A DNA stretch of 64,000 nt, taken from NCBI GenBank assembly GCA_963815705.1, contig CAWFHQ010000007.1, positions 170,687 through 234,686 on the forward strand. Direction: 5' to 3'. This document shows positions 31,207-38,340 of the stretch, piece by piece. Below the pieces are notes generated by a model. The model worked only from the letters and a program-made list of their open reading frames with translations, searched no databases and was not told the origin of the DNA. The stretch's first letter is position 1, and the number at the start of each line of letters is the position of its first letter. The translations under genes were made by a program, and so were the position numbers. This DNA comes from an uncultured Actinomycetota bacterium (lineage in GTDB: Bacteria; Actinomycetota; Actinomycetes; Mycobacteriales; Mycobacteriaceae).

Positions 31207-32027
31207 CCGACAGCGACATCGAGGCGTTGAGCCGCGCACATCAGTTGTTCGCCGGGAGCACCCAGCAGCCAACTCTCGACGCACCCTACCGCGCATCGAA
31301 CCGAATCATCGCACGCAATGATGTTGTGGGACAGGACAATTACCAATCCAGGGTAAACCGAAGCCATGAGGCGCTGCTCTCGTCAGCGCGCACGGATACC
31401 GCGGCGGCGCGCGTCATCGCCGGTGCCCACCGGGACCGGGCGCAGGCGCGTGAGCTGACCAGGAACGTCCTCGACGAGGCGCGCGCCGACGCCGCCGCTC
31501 CCCCGATCACGCCGATTGCCCAGCGCGAGGCGATGCGCCGTCGGGCCGCGAGGCTTCGGGCACAACATGCACATGTGTTGGCCGCCCGGCTACGCGCTCG
31601 ACGGCATTCGGCGGCGCTGCGGGTCCTGCGTTACCGAATGCTGCACCACCACGGTCCGGGATTGGCCGGACTGCGGCTGTCACCGCCGAGTAGCCGTGCC
31701 GGAATTGCGGTGCGCGCGGCGCTATCCCGATTGGGCCGGCCCTATGTCTGGGGCGCGACCGGTCCCGATCAGTTCGACTGTTCCGGGCTGGTCCAGTGGT
31801 CCTACGCGCAGGCGGGAATCCATCTGGACCGCACCACGTATCAGCAGATCAACGACGGAATCCCAGTGCCCCGGTCGCAAGTCAGGCCCGGCGATCTCGT
31901 GTTCCCGCACACGGGACACGTACAGATCGCGATCGGCAACAACCTCGTCGTCGAAGCGCCCTATTCGGGTGCCTCGGTACGGATCAGCCAGCTGGGCAAC
32001 TACGTCGCGATTCGCCGCCCGATATGA
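31203..32027 (+). CDS. NlpC/P60 peptidoglycan endopeptidase without a signal peptide (Rv0024-like)
   Basis: 274 aa from ATG 31203, with an ATGA overlap onto the XRE stop. The C-terminal domain is ..GRPYVWGATGPDQFDCSGLVQWSYAQAG..GDLVFPHTGHVQIAIG.. (catalytic Cys and His). The N-terminal 150 aa are helical and charged with no hydrophobic leader. Confidence 0.9.
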   Translation: MTDSDIEALSRAHQLFAGSTQQPTLDAPYRASNRIIARNDVVGQDNYQSRVNRSHEALLSSARTDTAAARVIAGAHRDRAQARELTRNVLDEARADAAAPPITPIAQREAMRRRAARLRAQHAHVLAARLRARRHSAALRVLRYRMLHHHGPGLAGLRLSPPSSRAGIAVRAALSRLGRPYVWGATGPDQFDCSGLVQWSYAQAGIHLDRTTYQQINDGIPVPRSQVRPGDLVFPHTGHVQIAIGNNLVVEAPYSGASVRISQLGNYVAIRRPI

Positions 32028-32042
32028 GATTAGGTTGAACGT

Positions 32043-32405
32043 ATGTCGGAACAAACCGGCCCTTCGCTAGCCGCGATTGCGGCGCGGCAGTCGGCGATGG
32101 CGACCCAGCACCGCTCGGTCGCCGAGGCAGACCGTGTGCTGATGGAGGTGCTGGCCAGTGCGCATGCCGCGATGCGGGAGAGCATCGCGCGGCTGGACGC
32201 AATCGCCGACGAGATCGAGCGTGGTGTTCCGCACCGGGCGAGCCTGGCCGTCGATAGTCCTATGGGCGCGCGCGAGTTTCAGAAGTTTCTGGTTGCCAAG
32301 CAACGTGAGATCGCGGCGGTCGTGGCGGACGCGCACGATCTCGATCGCGCGAAAACGGCTGTGCTGGAAAGCCTGCGGGACCAGTACGGCGCATCATCGG
32401 GCTAA
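32043..32405 (+). CDS. small helical protein, Rv0025-like (DUF4226-like as I recall)
   Basis: 120-aa ORF with an ATG start. It is a paralogue of the middle of the next ORF ([20 protein letters not shown] versus GARDFQRFLIGKLRDIRAVV). Confidence 0.7.
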   Translation: MSEQTGPSLAAIAARQSAMATQHRSVAEADRVLMEVLASAHAAMRESIARLDAIADEIERGVPHRASLAVDSPMGAREFQKFLVAKQREIAAVVADAHDLDRAKTAVLESLRDQYGASSG

Positions 32406-32532
32406 CGCCGGGGTGTTCATCCACAGCCGCATCGCGGTGAATTGTCGACGGCTTGGAGCCTCAGTACTGTCACCGGGCATGGAGGGGTCGCGACACCGCC
32501 CGCGTTGGGGCGCAGCGCCGTTTGGCTAGCCG

Positions 32533-33972
32533 ATGTCGACGTATGACGAGCTGCTGGCCACAGTCAGAGCCGTGCGCGACCGCGCGGGCGACCCGAACGC
32601 GTGGCAGACCGGGTTGACGCCGACAGAGCTGGCCGCCGTGGTCACCCCCACGACACGTCCACAACAACTCGACGGGATCCTGGCCAAGATCCGCCAACAA
32701 CATCCGGACATGTTCGGCCCCAACGCGACACCGGCTGGCCCTCCGCGGGTGCCGAATCCACCTCAGGGAGATCGAGAGCAGGGCGCCGCGGCCGAAGCCA
32801 TAGCGGGTGCCGAAGCTGCTCTAGCACATCAGAATTCGGCGAGCTCTCAGCTCGACCTGCAAGTGATTTCGGCCATCATGAATGCCCATTTGCGGACCGT
32901 CGACGGCGCAGAAGCGTTGGGCGCGTTGCAGCGCGAGACCGAAGCCGCGGTGCAAACTCGATCGGACCTGGACACTCCGGCGGGAGCTCGTGACTTCCAG
33001 CGATTCTTGATCGGCAAGCTCAGAGACATCCGCGCGGTCGTGATGAACGCCAGCCTGGACGACACGTCGAAATCAGCACTGATGGCGGCATGGACATCGC
33101 TGTACGACGTCTCGAAGACCGTGCCGAGCGGTGCCGGCGAAAGCAAGCCGGCATCGGTGGTGGCCCCGGTTGCCGCACCCGTGCGCGACAGTGGTCAACA
33201 ACCGCCTGACGCGGCCGGCGCCGGATGGGATCCCCTACTGGATCCGCTGCTGACCGACGATCCCGGACTGCTGGGCGAGGATTCGGGCCAGGGTCCGCGC
33301 GAGAGCGCGGCGGCTCCCACGATGCCGTCGTCGCTGCCGGGCATTCCCAACGTTGGGCTGGGGTCGACGCCCGGGCCGGGTTCGATGGCCGGCTGGGGCA
33401 CGCCCAGCGGGTTGGCGCTTCCCGGGCGCGAGGGGGGCGGCGAAACCGATCCGGCGCTCGGTGGTCTGGACGACGAGGCCCTCGACGAGGACCCGGCCGA
33501 TGACGAGGATGCCGACAAACGCAAAGACAACGACCACGGCCAGGACGTGTCAACGGCGGAATCACCGCCGGCGGGCCCGACGACGGTGACTTTGCCCGAC
33601 GGTGAGATGGTGACGGCTGCCAGCCCGCAGCTGGCGGCGGCCATCCAGGCAGCGGTGGGCGGCGCGTCGATCCCGGATGCCTTCCATCAGCAGGGCATCA
33701 CCATTCCCGCACCGGGAACCGCGGTGGCCAATCCGGTCGATCCGGTTCAGGTCGGACCGGGAGATATCGGGATTTTCACCGATCGCCATGCGCTGGCCCT
33801 CGGCCACAGCAAGGCCCTGCTGGATGGCCAGATTCAGCACATCGCCACCGTAAGCGGCGCGAGCTTTCTAGGCTGGGAGCATCCGCCGGCCGCGGCCACC
33901 GCGACCGCGCCGGCCAGGACCGACGCACCGACACCAACTCGGCCGGCGGCGACGCCGACCACGCGACAATAG
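32533..33972 (+). CDS. Rv0026-like protein: DUF4226-like helical region, Pro/Gly/Asp-rich linker, degenerate P60-like C-terminus
   Basis: 479-aa ORF. The C-terminal ..VQVGPGDIGIFTDRHALALGHSKALLDGQIQHI.. aligns by eye with the ..VRPGDLVFPHTGHVQIAIGNNLVVEAP.. segment of the neighbouring P60, but I see no DCSG-type cysteine block. Confidence 0.75.
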   Translation: MSTYDELLATVRAVRDRAGDPNAWQTGLTPTELAAVVTPTTRPQQLDGILAKIRQQHPDMFGPNATPAGPPRVPNPPQGDREQGAAAEAIAGAEAALAHQNSASSQLDLQVISAIMNAHLRTVDGAEALGALQRETEAAVQTRSDLDTPAGARDFQRFLIGKLRDIRAVVMNASLDDTSKSALMAAWTSLYDVSKTVPSGAGESKPASVVAPVAAPVRDSGQQPPDAAGAGWDPLLDPLLTDDPGLLGEDSGQGPRESAAAPTMPSSLPGIPNVGLGSTPGPGSMAGWGTPSGLALPGREGGGETDPALGGLDDEALDEDPADDEDADKRKDNDHGQDVSTAESPPAGPTTVTLPDGEMVTAASPQLAAAIQAAVGGASIPDAFHQQGITIPAPGTAVANPVDPVQVGPGDIGIFTDRHALALGHSKALLDGQIQHIATVSGASFLGWEHPPAAATATAPARTDAPTPTRPAATPTTRQ

Positions 33973-34017
33973 TGAACTCGCCGGCCCGGCCGGCGGCGCA
34001 GGAACAGGAGACAGCGG

Positions 34018-34335
34018 ATGGCAGATCGAATCCAGGTGGTGCCCGCGCACTTACGTGAAGCCGCTGCGCGTCACCAGGAAACCTCCGAGTACCTGCGCAC
34101 CATTCCGTCGTCGCATGCCGCCATCCAGGAGAGCCTGGACTCACTGGGGCCGATCTTCGGTGAACTTCGCGACGCCGGACGCGAACTGCTTGACCTCCGG
34201 CGCCAGTGCTACGAGCAACAGGCGGACGACCACGCCGACATGGCGCACAACCTGACTGTGTCGGCCAGGACTTGGGATCAGCATGAACAAGATGCGGGCG
34301 GCCAACTCGGCCGCATCGTCGACGGCGGTCGATGA
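34018..34335 (+). CDS. about 100-aa helical protein, Rv0027-like, EspC/'ESX secretion-associated' type
   Basis: 105 aa with an ATG preceded by GGAGA: MADRIQVVPAHLREAAARHQETSEYL..SLDSLGPIFGELRD.. It has the opening '..I.V.P..L..AA..H' typical of EspC-like hairpins. Confidence 0.7.
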   Translation: MADRIQVVPAHLREAAARHQETSEYLRTIPSSHAAIQESLDSLGPIFGELRDAGRELLDLRRQCYEQQADDHADMAHNLTVSARTWDQHEQDAGGQLGRIVDGGR

Positions 34336-34643
34336 CAGACGCCAATCCCGCGTTCGACACCGTTCACCCGAGTGGGCACATCCTGGTCCGCTCGTGTCGC
34401 GGCGGGTACATGCACAGCGTTGCGCTGAGTGAAGAGGCGATGGATACCGACGCCGCGACCCTGGCCCAGGGCATTCTGCTGACCGCGGATGTGTCTTGGC
34501 TCAAAGCGTTGCTGGAAGTTCGGGAGGAGATCGTGGCGGCCGGACACACCCCGTCGGCGGAGGTTCCGACCCCGCATGACCTCGATGCGGCGATCGAGAA
34601 CCTGCTGGCGCACAAACTGCGCCGCCGCGACGGCGCGGACTAG
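34332..34643 (+). CDS. YbaB/EbfC-fold small protein, Rv0028-like (EspL-like)
   Basis: 103 aa with an ATGA overlap onto the previous ORF: ..GHILVRSCRGGYMHSVALSEEAMDTDAATLAQGILLTADVSWLKA.. The pattern of a beta-rich core followed by a helix is YbaB-like. Confidence 0.7.
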   Translation: MTDANPAFDTVHPSGHILVRSCRGGYMHSVALSEEAMDTDAATLAQGILLTADVSWLKALLEVREEIVAAGHTPSAEVPTPHDLDAAIENLLAHKLRRRDGAD

Positions 34644-34653
34644 CTCGCCGCGT

Positions 34654-34797
34654 CTAGATCAGCCAAGTTTTGGCGGCATCGGGATCCGGTGCGATATCGC
34701 CCGGTGGCTCGATGGGATTGGCGCCGAACAACTCTCGTGCGCGGCCGAGCATGGCACGCACCTCGTCGAGTTGCTGCTGCAGCGCAGAATCAGCCAT
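34654..34797 (-). CDS. candidate 47-aa ORF on the opposite strand, inside the cluster (below the ORF-track size cutoff)
   Basis: My translation is MADSALQQQLDEVRAMLGRARELFGANPIEPPGDIAPDPDAAKTWLI*. GC3 is only about 67% and I see no clear Shine-Dalgarno sequence, so support is weak. Confidence 0.25.
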   Translation of the reverse strand: MADSALQQQLDEVRAMLGRARELFGANPIEPPGDIAPDPDAAKTWLI

Positions 34798-34879
34798 GGG
34801 CTTACGCTACCGAGCCCGTCACACCCGCACAATTCACCTTTGGTAATGAGCGTTCGGCAGATATCGGTAGTCTGACCCG

Positions 34880-36397
34880 GTGGCGATCTTCGGTCGAAAG
34901 ACGGCGCGCCAGCGCCTCCGGAGAGCTACCCGGGAATCATTGTCGATGCCGGCCTTCAGCTCTCCTGTCGATTGCACCCCCTGGGTGATCGGTGGGCTTT
35001 GGCCTGCCGAACTGTCGACGGCGACCGACGAAACCGCCACGCTCGCACAGTGTCTCGAGAAGGATCTGCAGCGAATCACCAGCAGCGCCAACGACGAGCT
35101 GAGGATGGTCAAGCGGTCCGGACTCACCGATACGGCCCGGCACGCGGCAGAGGCCAAAGTCATCGACGAAGCCCGCGCCCGCGCCGTGCGGCGAGTGGAA
35201 TCGACAATTCGCCAACTGGACATGATGAAGGCGCAGATGCGTGCGCGGCGTCAAACCGCGCAGGTCGCGCGGCGTTATAGCGAGGCCGATATCGAGCGGA
35301 CGCAAGTCATCCCGGTGGTCGCGGCGGCGGAGCCCGCAATCGCTGATCCGACGCTCGATCAGACGCAGGTGATCCCAGTCGTCGCGGCAGAACCCGTCGC
35401 CGACGAGCCCGCGGCCGCTGCCGCTGCCGCTGCCGAGGAGCCTGCGGCGGACGTGTCAGCCGATGAGGACGACGAGGCCAAAGCTTCGGTGGGCCGGCAT
35501 CGGCTTCCGTCCGCGGCGGTCACTGCGGTCGTCGCAGTTCCGCCGGAGCCAGAGCCCGCGCCAGAACCTGAGCCCGCGCCAGAACCTGAGCCCGAGCCCG
35601 AGCCAGAACCTGAGCCCGAGCCAGAACCTGAGCCCGAGCCCGAGCCCGAGCCTGAGCCCGAGCCCGAGCCCGAACCGGAACCCGAACCGGAACCGGAACC
35701 TGAGCCCGAGCCGGAACCTGCTGAAGCTCCGGCGGTCTCCGTCGATACCGAATCCGACACGGAACGGCTGCACCGGCTGCTGGCGTTCGTGGTGCGCCAA
35801 GAACCACAGCTGAACTGGGCAGTCGGTGACCTCGCGGACGGCACGACGCTGCTGGTCACCGACCTCGCTCACGGCTGGATTCCGCCGGGGATCGCGCTTC
35901 CCGTGGGCGTGCGATTGTTGGCGCCGGGACGGCGCGCCGGCAAAGCCTCGGCGCTGCTCGGCGAGGCGACCCGGACCGCGACCTATACCCCCGGCGATCC
36001 GGTCGGCCGGTCGACAGACTTCGCCGAGACCGAGTCCTCGGTGCAGGCGCGCGAGCTGCCCGCAGTCGAAGACCTGGGGTGGGAGCTGGGTCGACTCACG
36101 CACTGGCGCGACGGAATACCACGGTTGGTACACACCCTGGCGAAAGCCGCCACTGCGGGAACTGGTGTCGTGGAAGAGGAAGCCGACCTGCTGCGGGTGC
36201 ATCTCGACACCGCCCGCTACCAGCTCCTGAGCCAGTATCCGGACGCCGAGTCTGCGCTGCTGCTGAATTGCCTGCTACTGGCCGCGACCGAAAGCAGTGT
36301 CGCCGGCGACACCACCTCGGCCAACTATCACCTGGCGTGGTTCCAAAAACTCGATGAGCCGCCGGCCAGCCAGTGGACCACGGACCCGTCGGAGTAA
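34880..36397 (+). CDS. Rv0029-like protein with an internal (Pro-Glu)n linker
   Basis: 505-aa ORF with a GTG start. The N-terminal region is helical and basic. A duplicated TQVIPVVAA(A)EP unit is followed by about 59 aa of PE/PA dipeptides, then the conserved C-terminal domain ..[31 protein letters not shown]... Confidence 0.8.
   Translation: MAIFGRKTARQRLRRATRESLSMPAFSSPVDCTPWVIGGLWPAELSTATDETATLAQCLEKDLQRITSSANDELRMVKRSGLTDTARHAAEAKVIDEARARAVRRVESTIRQLDMMKAQMRARRQTAQVARRYSEADIERTQVIPVVAAAEPAIADPTLDQTQVIPVVAAEPVADEPAAAAAAAAEEPAADVSADEDDEAKASVGRHRLPSAAVTAVVAVPPEPEPAPEPEPAPEPEPEPEPEPEPEPEPEPEPEPEPEPEPEPEPEPEPEPEPEPEPEPAEAPAVSVDTESDTERLHRLLAFVVRQEPQLNWAVGDLADGTTLLVTDLAHGWIPPGIALPVGVRLLAPGRRAGKASALLGEATRTATYTPGDPVGRSTDFAETESSVQARELPAVEDLGWELGRLTHWRDGIPRLVHTLAKAATAGTGVVEEEADLLRVHLDTARYQLLSQYPDAESALLLNCLLLAATESSVAGDTTSANYHLAWFQKLDEPPASQWTTDPSE
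35543..35719 (+). repeat. in-frame hexanucleotide microsatellite (GAG/GAA-CCN)n encoding (Pro-Glu)n
   Basis: 177 nt of ccg gag cca gag ccc .. cct gag ccc gag ccg gaa cct. It translates to [20 protein letters not shown]...PEPEPEPEP. Confidence 0.9.
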
Positions 36398-36466
36398 TCG
36401 GGCAGGCGCCGCTCAAATCCCCCAAATCGTGAATTGACGCTGGTTGGAGGGGTCGATGATACTGAC

Positions 36467-36787
36467 ATGGTGTCGGGGTCGGGCGGTCGCACGAATCTGA
36501 GCGATAAGGATCTCGTCGAGTCGGTTCTGCGTGAACTGAGCGAGGCGGCTGACAAGTGGGAAGCCCTTGTCGCGCAAGCCGAGACGATCACGTACAGCGT
36601 GGACTTGGGGGATATTCGTGCCGTGGCAAATTCCGACGGCAAGTTGGTTGAGCTGACGCTGCATCCGGGCGTGATGACCGGCTACGCCCACGCAGCGCTG
36701 GCTGACAGGTTGAACCTCGCGATCGCGGCGCTGCGCGAGGAGGCAGAAGCCGAGAATCGGGCGAGGTACGGCGACGAGCTGCACTGA
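36467..36787 (+). CDS. YbaB/EbfC-fold small protein, Rv0030-like
   Basis: 106 aa from ATG 36467, with GGAGGGG at 36446-36452 (the ORF track offers TTG 36434). The sequence ..ITYSVDLGDIRAVANSDGKLVELTLHPGVMTGYAHAALADRLNLAIAALREEA.. shows the YbaB-like pattern. Confidence 0.7.
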   Translation: MVSGSGGRTNLSDKDLVESVLRELSEAADKWEALVAQAETITYSVDLGDIRAVANSDGKLVELTLHPGVMTGYAHAALADRLNLAIAALREEAEAENRARYGDELH

Positions 36788-36832
36788 TGTCGGTGTCGAA
36801 GCAGCATCCTGCATCGACCGCCGAAAGGAGTA

Positions 36833-38335
36833 ATGACCGTGCCACTCAATTTGTCCAACCGGGACCAGAATTCGGGGCACCTGTTCTACAACCGGCGGCT
36901 GCGTGCCGCGATCACCCGGTTTTCCGTCCGGATGAAGCACGACGACCGTAAACAGCAAGCGGCCGTGGCGCTGTCGATCGTGCTTGTGGTCATCGGCATC
37001 GGGTGGATGGCGCTGCTTCATGTCATGAAGCCGTCGGGGTTGGTCGGCCATTCGTCGATCATCGGCGACCGCGATACCGGCGCGGTCTACGCGAAGATCA
37101 ACGGTCGGCTCTACCCCGCGCTCAACTTGACTTCGGCACGATTGGCGGTCGGGAGCGCGGGCTCTCCGACTTGGGTCAAAGCCAACGAGATCGCCAAGTA
37201 TCCGACCGGCCCGATCATCGGGATTCCCGGTGCGCCGGACAGCTTGCCGGTCACGGCGAGCGCCGAATCGGCGTGGTCGGTCTGCGACGCCGCGGCCGCC
37301 CGCGGCAGTGGGACCGCTCCGGTGGTGACCTCCATCGCCGGCCAGCTCTCCCCCATCGGCCGGTCGGAGCCGATGGGCCCGAAGCAGGCCATCCTGGCGA
37401 CCCACAAGGGCGCAACGTATGTGATCTGGCGAGGCCAACGCTCCCGCATCGACCCCGCGGACCGATCGGTGACATTCAACCTCGGCCTCGACCCCGGGGT
37501 GACCTACCCGATCGAAATCTCCAACGCCCTGTTCGACGCCATGCCCTCAACGGAACCCTTTGTGCTGCCTACGATTCCGGGTCGTGGGACCCCGTCGCGC
37601 TGGGTGCCGGGTTCGATTGTGGGCAGGGTGCTGGAAACCCGTGACGCCAGCGGCACCGTCAACGGCTTCTATGTGCTGCTGCCGGACGGCGTGCAGAAAA
37701 TCACCGGCTTCGTCGCGGACCTCTTGCGGACCGCGGATTCAGAGGGTTCGACGACGCCTACCCTGGTCGCGCCCGACAAACTGATTCAAATCCCGGTGGT
37801 CGATGTGCTCGACGTCGACTACTATCCGTCGGAGAAGCTGGATTTCGTTGACACCGCGGCGAATCCGGCAACCTGCGTGGGATGGCAGAAGCAATCGGGT
37901 GATCCGCAGGCCAGGATCACGATCTTCACCGGCCGGGGATTGCCGGTTCCGATCGGCATGGATTCCCGCCTGGTTCGGTTGGTTCGCGACGACCGCGACC
38001 CCAATTCCGCTGAGGCGCAACAGACGTTGGTGTTACCGGGTGCGGCGAACTTCGTGACGACCACCAGCGGCGTCGCGACGGCCGACAGCCGGGAATCTTT
38101 GTATTGGATTTCACCGCAAGGTGTTCGATACGGCATCCAATCGGATCACGCGACCTTGCAGGCGCTGGGGCTGGATCCGCGGCTGGCTGTGCAAGCACCC
38201 TGGCCGATCGTGCGTACCTTCGCGACCGGGCCCGCGATTGGGCGTGACGCCGCCCTAGTGGCGCGCGACGCTGTCACCGGGGGCGGTGCCGTGGCGCCGA
38301 TTCCCGATCTCAATGAACTGGCGGGCGGGGGTTAA
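36833..38335 (+). CDS. eccB: type VII secretion system protein EccB
   Basis: 500 aa with an ATG preceded by AAAGGAG. The N-terminus ..SGHLFYNRRLRAAITRFSVRMKHDDRKQQ.. is followed by a single TM helix (AAVALSIVLVVIGIGWMALLHVM) and a large extracytoplasmic domain with EccB-typical blocks (..YAKINGRLYPALNLTSARL..YWISPQGVRYGI..). Confidence 0.9.
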   Translation: MTVPLNLSNRDQNSGHLFYNRRLRAAITRFSVRMKHDDRKQQAAVALSIVLVVIGIGWMALLHVMKPSGLVGHSSIIGDRDTGAVYAKINGRLYPALNLTSARLAVGSAGSPTWVKANEIAKYPTGPIIGIPGAPDSLPVTASAESAWSVCDAAAARGSGTAPVVTSIAGQLSPIGRSEPMGPKQAILATHKGATYVIWRGQRSRIDPADRSVTFNLGLDPGVTYPIEISNALFDAMPSTEPFVLPTIPGRGTPSRWVPGSIVGRVLETRDASGTVNGFYVLLPDGVQKITGFVADLLRTADSEGSTTPTLVAPDKLIQIPVVDVLDVDYYPSEKLDFVDTAANPATCVGWQKQSGDPQARITIFTGRGLPVPIGMDSRLVRLVRDDRDPNSAEAQQTLVLPGAANFVTTTSGVATADSRESLYWISPQGVRYGIQSDHATLQALGLDPRLAVQAPWPIVRTFATGPAIGRDAALVARDAVTGGGAVAPIPDLNELAGGG

Positions 38336-38340
38336 GTAGC

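Noticed and set aside
35543-35719. Highly regular short repeats that could be mistaken for a CRISPR-like or non-coding satellite array.
   Set aside because: The unit is only 6 nt with no spacers, it is in frame inside a long ORF, and it translates to (Pro-Glu)n. It is a coding microsatellite, and no cas genes are present.
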